Positions 49,807 to 62,290 of a stretch of 64,000 bases of DNA are shown in pieces. This DNA is from Eledone cirrhosa. Its lineage: Eukaryota. How positions within the stretch are numbered: position 1 is the first letter of the stretch; each line of letters begins with the position of its first letter. The DNA lies in the NCBI GenBank assembly GCA_964016885.1, contig OZ024740.1, forward strand, positions 135,718,001-135,782,000. Reading direction: 5' to 3'. The notes below the pieces were generated by a model that searched no databases, was not told the DNA's origin, and was given only the letters and a program-made list of their open reading frames with translations. The translations under genes and the position numbers were made by a program.

Positions 49807-50555
49807 TTATTTTATATATACTATTATATTTTCATGGTAAAGGCTTTACCTCACATAGTTATTTCACATAATATCGAATCTATGAGATTTTGAAAGTATT
49901 TATTTTGAGAACAATACCTTAACATCAGTTTGAGCGACCAGTTACAGCCAGTTTGAACAGAAAGAGGTAGAGAATTCTGACTGGTTTTGGCCAGTTTGAA
50001 CATTAAAGGGTTAAACAAGGTCTTGAACTGTTACTATATAAATTATGAAATCTAATTCTGTACAAGAATATTTATCTATATCTATATATATATAATTTGG
50101 ATTTTACCACAGTTTCCAGGGGTCCGGGTATAATTTTCAATCATATTTTATTATTGTTTGACCCGAATAGCTTGTTCGCTTATATGGCTTTAATGGTTTA
50201 ACCATCGTCTCAGTGTGTTTGGCCTTTTAACGTATGTTGTTGCTCTAGTTCACTCGTTTCTATGGAGCGCTTGCCACACATCTCGGAAGTTGTTTTTCGC
50301 TAATTTCCAATAGCCGAAATGCGATTCTCGCTAATTTATATTTCTCTCTCTATATATATATATTTGCTCCAAAATTATTTTAGCATTAATAAACTTTAGA
50401 GAAAATATATAACTGACAAGTAAAGGAATGTTACAAAAGTTGAATGAAATCTAGGAAATTGAAAAAGCTTTGTCCTTCAATTGGGAACTCTTGATTCCAT
50501 GTAAAGGGTTATAACTCTCAGAGTCTCTCTCTCCATCTATCTATCTTTCTATCTG

Positions 50556-50893
50556 GAGAGAGAGGTGCTGTACCCCAGCAAGTTTTATGAAAGAAGGGTG
50601 AAAGTGGCGAGAATGGCCCGAGTGAATGGGCCTTCTCTCTATATCAGCCTGTAGGTTGAGGAAAAGGAGGAGTAGAGGAAAGGAGTACCAACTCTTCATA
50701 CTCCTGGAGATGAGGGTTGCACATTTTTTTGGGGGTATGTGTTACCCATATGAACTGTCTCCCCCTATTGGGGAAAATCGACTAATTTTTTAAATTGCAT
50801 TTGTGATAATATTTTACACGTTTTTATTGTATGTAAACTTCCCCCTTTGTATTTGTCTCCTTCTTTTGTGCCCCTGTGGCTAATAAAGAAACA
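50556..50893 (+). mobile_element. 3' end of a LINE (probably Tx1-type) with 14-bp TSD
   Basis: Short frame EREVLYPSKFYERRVKVARMARVNGPSLYISL* (stop 50652-50654), 3' UTR ending AATAAAGAAA; direct repeat TATCTTTCTATCTG at 50542-50555 and 50894-50907. Confidence 0.6.
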
Positions 50894-50907
50894 TATCTTT
50901 CTATCTG

Positions 50908-51225
50908 TTAGGAAGCGCATCTAGCAAGAGAAAACCTGCCAGAAACAGTTCTGTATGAGCGAGGCATGGTCTCCCAACCAATCTCACTTCAAGTGGGACA
51001 AAACCGTCCAACCCATGCTAGCGTGGAAGATGGACGTTAAACGATGATGATGATAATGATGATATATAAATGTGGTTGGCGTTAGGGAGGGCATCCAGGT
51101 GTAGAAACCAAATCAAAATCATTCTGTCTGAGCAAAACATGATCCTCCGACCTGATCTCTCCCACAGGGACAGCCCATCCTACCCAAGCTAGCGTGGAAG
51201 ATGGACGTTAAACGATGATGATGAT
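50908..51225 (+). mobile_element. two tandem short elements ending in the RTE 3' tail (others ~29220-29440, 20650-20790; minus 59240-59500)
   Basis: AGGA(A/G)GGCATCCAG-TGTAGAAAC...CCCATGCTAGCGTGGAAGATGGACGTTAAACGATGATGATG, matching the RTE 3' ends at 11100-11264 and 34340-34515. Confidence 0.75.
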
Positions 51226-51832
51226 GGAAGGGAATTCCTTGGTACAGTAAGATAAATTTGAAAAGACGGGAAAAATGACTTCACTGGTGGTTGATGTTCT
51301 TAAATAATTCAAATCTTTTCAATAAGTCATTATTAATATCAATAACAACATTGTAAAGATTTAAATTAGTCAGAAAACAGCACAGCTCCCATAAATTTCA
51401 GAAACCTTTTTTCACGAACAGAGTTGCTGAAGCATAGAACAAACTACCTGCATCAGTAGTTAGCTGCCAGGACACTGCATCCTTTAAAACCTACATGCTT
51501 CCTGAAATTCGCCAACACTACACCTGATACCCCCCCCCCCCCTCCACATGTATATCATGACTCATACACTGTTCACTTTCCTGACATTTGTACATTATTC
51601 TATGTACTATACATTCACCTTTGATGAGTTGTACTGCACCTAAGTGCTGTACACAATAATTTCATTATTATTATTTAACATCAACCACCCCTTTCTTCAA
51701 ATATATATATATATATACATACACACGCATACAAAATGCCTAACTGAATACACGTTTTTTCTAAAAAATTCTTTTTTTCCTTTTTCTTTCTCTTCTCACT
51801 ATCTTTCTATTTCATCTTTTATTTCTCATTCT

Positions 51833-51870
51833 ATCTTCTGATGAAAGACTAGTATCCGAAACGTTAATAC
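51833..51870 (+). ncRNA. degenerate minimal hammerhead motif
   Basis: ATCTT-CTGATGA-AAGACTAGTATCC-GAAA-CGTTA; core intact, palindromic AACGTT stem III, weak stems I and II; lies in a segment bounded by (TA)n/(CA)n. Confidence 0.4.
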
Positions 51871-53255
51871 TCTTTTCCTACTATATCAAGCATTAAACTA
51901 ATATATTTCTTCAATGTACGGTGTCATTTGCTTTGTTATTTCTGTTTATTTTTTTGCCTGCACACACACACACACACACATCATCATCATCATCATCAAT
52001 TTTATGCCATTTTTTCATGAAAGAACGAGTTGGATGAAACATATTTTGGGCAGTATTTTACAGCCAGATACCTTTCCTGACAAATACTTTTACTTTTTTC
52101 AATGTGAGATTTGGATCTTCACATATTTAATCACTGAACTGCAAGACATAAACAAACTTGAATACTAATATTGTCAGCAAAAAAAAACAAAACAAAAAAA
52201 ACAAACAAACACACACACATATGATAGGTTTCTGTACAGCTGCTGTCTACCATATTCATTATAAAGCATTGAGTGAACCCAAGGATGTAGTAGAAGACAT
52301 TTTCCAAAGATCCCAAGAAGTGAGATAGAACCCCAAATCTTAAGTTGCTAAGTTAACTTCTTTTCCCCACAGCCATACTTGAATTAATGTTGTATAGTGT
52401 GTTATATAGTTGCCATAAAAATATAAGTAATGAGTAATGAAATTGTTCATTACAATATTGAATAGAAGAAAAAAACTAAATTTATTAACTATTTTAATTT
52501 AAGAAGCTCTGGTTGTGAAATGTGTGTGTATGGGGGTGGCAATCTTCATCGGTTCATACACTAAGTGTTCCAATTGTTTGAACAGCTTGCTAGTGAAATT
52601 AATCTGCAAGTATGCTGAGCATTCCACAGAGACATGTACCCGAACATAGTTCTCATAGATATTCAGTGTGATACAGTGTGTGTGTGTAACAAGGCTGGCC
52701 CTTTGAATTACAGGTACAACTCATTTTTTTTCCAGCTGTGTGGACTGAAGCAATGTGAAATAAAGTGTCTTACTCAAAAACTAAAATCACTGTCAAGAAA
52801 CAAACTTACAACCTTATGATCATAAGCCAAACACTCTAATCACTAAGCCTCGTGCCTTCACAATTGTGAAATGAAAACTAAGAAAGAAAAAAAAAAAAAC
52901 TGTAATCAACACCAAAAGATGTATGATTGTATAGTGTAGAGAAATGAGTAATATTGTGAAGAGACAGGCTGGGTGTAGCAATTAAATGAACCAATAAACA
53001 TGTGACAGCCAAGAATATCATAGCTGTTAATTTGTGGTTCTAAATATTTCATTTACATATCGTCTTTCATATGTAAATTATTAATATTTCTATAGAAAGT
53101 CTCTTAATAGAAACTAATGTATGCAGTATTCTGATAGATGTTAGCAGCCATCTCACAGATGCAAAATAGAATCTAATATGTATATATGTTATTTAATATA
53201 TATATATAATAAATAACAGGAGGCTGGACTGGTGTAAATCCTTGAAAAGTTTATT

Positions 53256-53313
53256 ATACTATGATCATTTCAATGACCGGGTTTCGTATGAATCCGGTGA
53301 TATCATCAGGTAT
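53256..53313 (-). ncRNA. minimal type I hammerhead ribozyme motif, intact core
   Basis: ATAC-CTGATGA-TATCACCGG-ATTCATACGAAAC-CCGGTCATT-GAAA-TGATCA-TA-GTAT; stem I ATAC/GTAT, palindromic stem III ATGATCAT, AUA triplet; base of stem II imperfect. Confidence 0.7.
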
Positions 53314-54544
53314 TCGAAATATAACAAAGGAATATATAAAATCCATGGGTCCGAAATCAGAGACAGAGAGGACGACTGACCAACTAGCTGCTTTCACCTC
53401 GGTCAGTCGCCCTCAAGTGATGGCAACTCGGTCTAATGACCATCTGGTGAGGGGGCGAAGGCTTATAATGTACTACCACCTCTCCGTCAGAGAAAGAAAG
53501 AAAGAAAGAAAGAAAGAAAAGTCAGCGTAAGGGTCACACTACAGTCAAGCTAGAAGACGCCGCGAAAAATGTTATTCCAAAGAACCCATATTTTAACAAA
53601 GGTATATATATGGGTGCCTGTATGGTCTAATGTGTGAACAGAAAATTGGAACGTTAACTTATGTTAAGAGTTATAGGATGAAATTAAATTATTAGAAAAT
53701 TAATAGAAGATTAAAGGTTTGTGTTGCGAGAATTATTTAATGAAATTACCGAGAGAGTCTTATATGAAAAAGTTTAAGTGTATTATAGGGAATCTCGATA
53801 AGTTATCAAGGTGGGATATAGAGTAAAGATAAAAGCCTTCGATCGTAAATCCCAGCCAACACCTCCTAACCATGTGTCAGCCAGTTTCGAGTGGTATTGT
53901 CTAGCTAAATGGAAATTAATTTTTCCGAGTACGCTAGACAATACCACTATTAATTTTTCCGAGTACGCTAGACAATACCGCTAGACAATACCACTCGAAA
54001 CTGGTTGACACATGGTTAGGAGGTGCTGGCTGGGATTTACGATCGAAGGCTTTTATCTTTACTCTATATCCCACCTTGATAACTTATCGAGATTCCCTAT
54101 AATACACTTAAACTTTTTCATATAAGACTCTCTAGGTAATTTCATTAAATAATTCTCGCAACACAAACCTTTAATTTTCTAATAATTTAATTTCATCCTA
54201 TAACTCTTAACATAAGTTTAATGTTCCAAATTTCTGTTCACACATTATACCATACAGGCACCCATATATATACCTTTGTTAAAATATGGGTTCTTTGGAA
54301 TAACATTTTTCGCGGTGTCTTCTAGCTTGACTGTAGTGTGACCCTTACGCTGACTTTTCTTCTTTCTTTCTTTCTTTCTCTGACGGAGAGGTGGTAATAC
54401 ATTATAAGCCTTCGCCCCCTCACCAGATGGTCATTAGTAGACCGAGTTGCCATCACTTGAGGGCGACTGACCGAGGTGAAAGCAGCTAGTTGGCTAGTCG
54501 TCCTCGGACCCATGGATTTTATATATTTCTTTGTTATATTTCGA

Positions 54545-54602
54545 ATACCTAATGATATCACCGGATTCATACGGAACCCGGTCATTGAAATGATCATAGT
54601 AT
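54545..54602 (+). ncRNA. mirror hammerhead copy with core mutation (CTAATGA), probably inactive
   Basis: Reverse-complement partner of 53256-53313; G5 of CUGAUGA is replaced by A. Confidence 0.65.
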
Positions 54603-55423
54603 AATAAACTTTTCAAGGATTTACACCAGTCCAGCCTCCTGTTATTTTATTTATAATAATTAACTCCGTATTAGCACCACCAACTACACAAACGAAGATG
54701 GGTGAACTGCACTATGTTGAGTACTCTCCATAATATTACATCAAGATTGACCATACGGAATGACCAATTCTATCCAGTGGTGAACCAACAAACGTAAATA
54801 AATATATATATATATATATATAAATAAATATACATATATTCTTTGATTCTTTTACTGGTTTTAGTATTTTGACAGTGACCATTCTGGGGCACCATATTTG
54901 GGGGTTTTACTTATTTATAGCTGATTTCAATAATTTATCTGGTACTCATTTTAGCTATCTTGTAAGGACCACTGACAAAGTTCAAATTGGCCTAAAGAGA
55001 CATTAACTAGCTAGCACATAATTTTGTTGGCTGTAGAAAGATGTATCCCTCACTACTCCACACCCAACATACATAATTCAGTTCCTTGCCCAACCTGTGA
55101 CAGCATGGAAAGCCAGACATGCCTCACAATATACCGCTAGGTGCAATAACCTCTTGACCTGATGCTCCCCCTCACATGGTGGCATGATTCCCTCCCACCA
55201 CTCTAATCAATGCCATCTTAGTGATGGTGCCACAATAAAAATGCACCCAGCCCACTCTGTCAAGTGGTAGTGCTGGTGCCATGAGGAAAAACATCTAGTC
55301 CGCTCTGTAAGGTGGTAGTGCTGGTGCCACGACAAAAGCACGCAGCGGTGATGATGATGATGATAGTGGTGATGATGATGATTCCTTCACCCCAATACAT
55401 AAACATTATTTTACTTTAGTGAC

Positions 55424-55604
55424 TTGGCAGAATCGTTAGAGGGTCTGACGCCATGCTTTGCAGCATAGAGTTACGGCCCTTTCCATTCTGAGTTCAAATC
55501 CCGCCGAGGTTAACTTTGCCTTTCATCCTTACGGGGTCGATAAAATAAAGTACCAGTAATGCACTGGGTAATTGCTGGCCTTGTGCCTAAAGTAGAAACA
55601 ATTA
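55424..55604 (+). mobile_element. SINE family A
   Basis: Near-identical to the copies at 30232 and 62098. Confidence 0.85.
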
Positions 55605-56018
55605 CAAGTACAGTCCATCAAACAGACTTCCAAGCAGTTTCTGTCTATCCATATTTATTCACAAGGCTTAGATCAATCCAAGTCTATGGTAAATAACACC
55701 TGACCAAGATACCATGAAGTGGACTGAACCCGAGACCTTATGATTGCAAAACAAACTTTTTAACCATTCGGCCATGCTATATCTACCCCTCATTCAGTTA
55801 GTCTTACCTCTTGAAAAATATTGCTTTAGTCCTGTTAACAGAGCAATATCTGCAGTAATTACAGAAGCCCCTACACACACAAGTAATTATCCCAGCTGTA
55901 GTGACTGCATTTGTAGTTACTGTCTGCCAGGTTGTTGTGGCAATGTTTTTTTTTGTTGTCAAGTGTACTTTTCTTGTTATTGTTCAAGTGTACTAATCTT
56001 TTTAATACACACACATTT

Positions 56019-56056
<38 letters not shown>

Positions 56057-56826
56057 TTCTTATTTCCTTTTTCTCATTCTCTTTCCTTTTCTAGAAGAAA
56101 TCTACTGTATTCAGACGCGGAGAGGAGATGGGCTATACCAGGTTTTAAAATGCCCTAAGAAATGCTGTATGTCAATATGACACCCCAACGACTCCCTTAG
56201 GAGTTATGGGTACATACGAACGTAAAATGGTGATGATGATAATACATACAGACAGACATGCATGCATCCATACATAATACATACATGGTGAGCTTCATAG
56301 GAATCTAGTAGGGAAACCCATTCCTAAATTGAGAACAGACTGTTTACAGTGTTTCTGAACTAGAATGGAAATCACTAGATCAGTGGGTCACTCTAAATCC
56401 TTCATTGTTTACACCCGGCTGGAGTTTTTCCTCTTCAACAACTACAACAACGACACTACAACTGTTAAACAAAAAGACAATATATGTCCTAGTAGATAAA
56501 AATAAGTTTCAAGGTAGAGGTTATGAGCAGTGTGTTAGAATTTTGCCATTTAGTATTTCACTTCATTTCTAAGTTTACTAAATTCAACTCAAAATTTGCA
56601 CAGAAACAACAGGAGACAGCCTTTGGTTCTACCATTCAAAACTATTTGCTTCCTATTTTTTCTTTATCTTGTTTTGTTTATGCTTATTTTGCCTCCAGTT
56701 GGCTTTCCCTATTTAAATTTTTTATTTTATTTAATTTTTTAAAATTTCATTTTTATTTTCACTTATCTCTGTCTATCTTGCTTTTTGTTTCTCAACTGTA
56801 AGAAGAACTAGATACTTCCCCTAATC

Positions 56827-57002
56827 CAGTGATTCTCAAATAGTGTGCCACGAGATCTTCCTAAGTGTGCCACAAAATTTTATTTTCGCCATGTTTTTAT
56901 TTTGTAAAATTCAAATACTTCCCGTATATATTTAGCCAGGTGTGCAGCTATTTTTTCATGTTCCAAGGTGTGCCGTTGGCAAAAAAAGGTTGAGAACCAC
57001 TT
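56827..57002. mobile_element. hAT (Charlie-like) MITE
   Basis: CAGTGATTCTCAA ... TTGAGAACCACTT termini, subterminal GTGTGCC repeats, imperfect 8-bp TSD CCCTAATC/ATCTAATC. Confidence 0.7.
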
Positions 57003-58510
57003 ATCTAATCTGTCATGACTTACTAGCTCTATACGGACGTTTAAGTTGATTAAATAAATAAATGAATAACACTTTCATGGCTGTACACACTATTTCATTT
57101 CATTAGTGAAGAATTTTGAGGGATTTACAAAACTTGCTTCATTAAGAAAATAGCAATTTAACATGGTTTTAATAAAAAAACCATGTTGGAAGAAGATTTT
57201 AAAATGGGTAGTTTTGTTTCATAGAATCAGAGCAAGTTTTGGTTGTGTTGGTAACCAAAGGATTAAGTGTATATATTTATCTAAACCTTCTATCATAATT
57301 TCATCTAAGAAACTTTATTAAGTTATGCTCCAAACATTAGCTTAATAATGAAAAAGTTATTTTACTAAATCACACCAACTTCATTATTTTCAAAATTAAT
57401 TGAAAATCATAGACAGTATCTTCCATTAGAAACATAGTAACAAAATGTGAGCAGCTATGAGCTTCAGTCCTGATAAAGTTGGCTTAATCTTTTATACCTT
57501 AGGAATATAAAATAAGTACCAGTCATATACTGAGGTAGTGGTTGAAACTAAACCCCGTCTGCTCTGGTTAGTCAATTGACTTAATGAACTACACAGCAAA
57601 TATGATAATTATTATTTATTCTTTTGGCACAAGGCCAGCAATTTGAAGAGAAGGAGAAAGTTAATTAAATTGATCCCACTGTGGTACTGGCACTTTATTT
57701 ATTGACTCCTGCCCCAGAGGGATGAAAAGCAAAGCTAAGCTTGGTAGGATTTGAACTCTGAACATTAAAAGCCATAACTCTATGCCACAAAGCATGTTAT
57801 CCGATGCTCTACCCCTGCCAATCCCCTGCCCTTAAAAAATATAATAACTATTTCTAAAATAGGCACAAGGTCAGAAACTGGGTCAAAAGTTTGAGTAAAC
57901 TGACCCCAGTATTAAATATTGCCTTCCTAGGCAGGTTGGAGAACCACATCTCACTCATATATTTCATTTTCCATATGATTTCTATAGTTTAATGCTCTTT
58001 CCTAACAGCAACCACTTTACAAAGTTCATATTTGAATTAAAACTTCCCATTATAATTTCATGTAATACCATTTTTGTTAAGTAACTTAATAATGACAAAG
58101 TTATTTGACAAAATTTCTCCTTGATTATTTTCAAAACTAAGTGAACCAAATATTCACAACACAAACTCTGCTAAATGATATATTAAAAAAAAAAAAAAAG
58201 ATATTATTATGTATTTTATAAAACAGAATATCACTTACTTTAGTTCATTTACTGGTGTGTAACTGTTGTGTAACTGTAATTTTCAGTTCTGATAGAAGAT
58301 AGACAAATCTGAAGTAGAAAAAAACAGAAAAAAAATCATGATAGACCTCAACAAAAATATGCAATAACCACTTTTAAAAATAATTATTTAGATTATATGT
58401 ATTTATCATACTTAGACAAGCACAGTGTTATATGTAATAACAGGAGTTTAAAATGTGGGGCACCTTGAGCAAGTGTCTACTATAACTTTGGGCTTGTGAG
58501 TGAATTTGGT

Positions 58511-59120
<610 letters not shown>

Positions 59121-62097
59121 TTACTGTGAGCATCTTTATACTGACACAGTTTAAAGCAAGTAGTAATATTTGTTTATGTTATGCATAAACAATGTCTCAC
59201 AATGTAGCAGTTCGATGAACATCAGCAGTACATATATCATCATCACTGTTTAAAGTCCATTTTTCCACACTAGCAAGAGTTAGACGAATTGTGTCGTGAG
59301 ACAAGTCCAATCAAGTGACCATGTCTTGCTCATACGGAACTGTTTCTAGCTTGGTGTACTATGGCTAGATGCCCTTCTTAATGCCAACCACATTTACAGT
59401 GTGGACTGGGTGTTTTTTTTTTATTGTGGCACCAAAATGACCAACTGACAGGTTGGACTGGGTGCATTTTGTTGTGGCACCAACACATTGAGCTTACAGG
59501 ATGGGTTGGGTGCTCTTTTGTCATTTCATCAGCATGAGTACTTTACATGGTAGACTAGGGGCTTTTAGCCTTCTCAGCAGCATTGTGGGGGAGTATGTTC
59601 AGCTTTCCACACTTGTATGCATGGGTTGGACAAGAGAGATGTATCAGATATGGTTGGTGTGGAGGAGTTGGGCAGGGTATAGTGCATGTATGCAGGATGT
59701 GGATTGGAGAGGTAGGCCTAAGGTGGGGTACTTAGCTGGTAAAGGAGTGTTAAGATGTGGGAAGTGTAGACAAAGTGCTTTTTGTCTAGGCAGCAGCTTT
59801 ATGGAAGGTGGGGAGCAGATTTCGAATGTGTTCTACTTTCTATGCTTGTATGTAGGAGTTGAGCACAAGCCGAGAGGTACCACAGCAGTGTGTAAGGTGG
59901 GGTGTCAAAGGAAGTATGCAAGTTAGACATAAATGAGATAGGTGGTGTATTTAGTTGGTGAGGGTGAGGATATTAAGACTAGGGAAAGTGAATGAGGACG
60001 AGGAGGGAAATGCTAGTTGCAGGTTAGTGACCTCTACATGTTTCATTCAGTGTGTATGGGAAGGTGGGTCTTTTGCAGTAAAGCATAATCCCAGAAAACC
60101 CGATCCTGTGATATCTCCTTTGAGAGGTTTAATTGTGCAAGGTCAGTTTTTATCACTTTATCTCAAGCTTTTCTAGCTCTTCCTCTTCCATAACTTTGGA
60201 GGGGGCTAGGAAGAGACTCCTGATGGACTTCCACTTGCACCCTAAATTCCTCACTATAATCATTGTTAATTCTAACCTTGCTAACTGTTCCTCTGTACAT
60301 GGCTTGAACTGCCCTCATAAGCTACTTATCTACTCCTAGTCTTCAATTAAAATGGGTTGTAGTTTGGAAGGATATCTTCACATAATAAAGTGCTTAAAAA
60401 ATTAAATCAAAACTATGCCAACATGGAGGAACGGATGTCATTATGACACTTGCTATTGAGTAAAGCATGAGCATCCTAATTCTCATTTCTCTAATCCTTG
60501 AAGTCAAAATGAATAACCAATTAATAGATACCTCTAACCACAGAAGCTTAAGCAATTGACTATTTACAGTACCCACCAATAAATATGAGGCCCTCCTTTT
60601 TCCTAACCTTTAAGGTAAATTGTTTGAGTTAATCCTGTTGATACCAAACTGCCTGAAACAACTCTAGTTTTACAATACAAAGCTGTTTATTTTCAAAGTG
60701 TTTACATTGATCTAAAAAACTTTCCATCATAATTTTATGTAAAAAACTTTGTTCCAAACACCAACTTAAAAATGAGAAAGTTAGTTATATAACTAACCCT
60801 CTACAAACTCTTGATCATTTTTTAAAAATGATTTAAATTATAGGCAGTGTATTTCCTTAGTAATATGGTAACCATTCTTAGTTCTACAATGCAAAGATAT
60901 ATTTTAGAATGTTAATATTTATCTAAAAACCTCCCATCATGATTTCATGTGAGGACCTTTATGTTCCAAACACCAGCTTTAAGATGATACAGTTTGTTAC
61001 AATACTAAATCTTTTCAAATTCTTGATTATTTGCAAAATGACTAGAAAATTATAGGTATAGTAAAGAAAGGGTAAGATAGACTATAGGGAGAGGGCAAAT
61101 GCAAGTTCCCAGTATATGTGACATCATCACAGAGATTAACTAAAACAGGTTATATATTTCTAAAAAAAACAAAAAAAAACAATGTAAGATACTTAAGTAC
61201 TGCAAGAAGAGTAGAATAAAAAGTGACTGATAAAATAAGTTGTATATACATGGCTTGAAGACTATAGTAGTACAAACCAATGAAGAAGTCAGTATGTGGT
61301 GGCTCTATCTGTTAGAAATAGCAGCCAAATCTCTTCCTACCTGTTTAATTCTTGATACCAAACTGCCTGAAACAGCCCCTAGTTCTATGATACAATGATA
61401 TTTATATGTTTGGTTGGAACATAACTTAACAAATGTTCTTATATTTCATCTAAGAACATTTAAGTTATGTTCCAACCAAACATCAGCTTAATGAGAAAGT
61501 TAGTTATATTACTAAATCCCTCCTCATTCTTGATTATTTTCAAAATGATTTGAAAATTACAAGCAGTGTGTTTCATAAGAAATATAGTAACAAAAGGGTT
61601 AAAAAAAGGAAGATACATTGGATAAATGTAGCCCTAGATACACTGTAAAAAAGAAATGGGCTAGTCATGGTTGGAATACATTTGATCTTAGGTGTGTTTG
61701 ATCAGGGCTAAATAACAACTGTACTCAATTCTACTAAGAAACTTATTTTGATAAACCTGAAGTAATATGAAGAGATTTTATCCCCAAAATTAAGGTAATA
61801 TTTGAATAATAAACATAAAACAGAGCAGCATTGTTACCTTCTTTTGTCTTAAATTGTACCACACCTTTTGCATTGTTGCAGCCTTTGAATTACATACCTT
61901 CTTAAACAGAATAGTATTTTTATTTTACATTTGAGGATATCAATCAGTTGAATTACTTAACTGGTTATTGAGAGATAAATTTTGTAAATTACTTTTATTT
62001 ATCCTCTATAAAGTACCAGTAAAATATTGGAGTCAATGTAACTGTCCTTTTCTTCTCTCCTCAAATTGCTAGTCTTGTGATTAAATTAGAAATTATT

Positions 62098-62290
62098 AGG
62101 GTGGTGGATTGGCAGTATCGGTAGAGGGTCGGACGCCATGCTTTGACACAGAGTTACGGGCCTTGCCATTCTGAGTTCAAATCCCGCCGAGGTTAACTTT
62201 GCCTTTCATCCTTACGGGGTCGATAAAATAAAGTACCAGTAATACACTGGGGTAATTGCTGGCCTTGTGCCAAAAGTAGAAACAATTATT
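62098..62290 (+). mobile_element. SINE family A (followed by an older copy ~62300-62490)
   Basis: GGTGGATTGGCAGTATCGGTAGAGGGTCGGACGCC...GAGTTCAAATCCCGCCGAGGTTAACTTTGCCTTTCATCC...GTAGAAACAATTA. Confidence 0.85.

Larger units (their letters stand above)
53211..54805. mobile_element. large fold-back element: ~690-bp inverted arms (53211-53905 / 53980-54647) plus ~155-bp one-sided tail; Penelope-like inverted pLTR structure
   Basis: Arms align in reverse complement with scattered substitutions and a few indels; each arm has a hammerhead motif followed by AATAAA; (TA)n at both outer ends. Confidence 0.8.

Noticed and set aside
50097-50345. TA-flanked CpG-rich insert with CTGAGAC-GATGG-TTAAA-CCAT on the minus strand
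   Set aside because: Possibly another PLE relic, but the core is too degenerate and there is no inverted arm, so it was not called.
53261-53530. 89/91-aa ORF pair in the palindrome arms
   Set aside because: Antisense to the hammerhead/polyA orientation, no recognisable domain, and the two copies diverge by indels and end in a (GAAA)n repeat.
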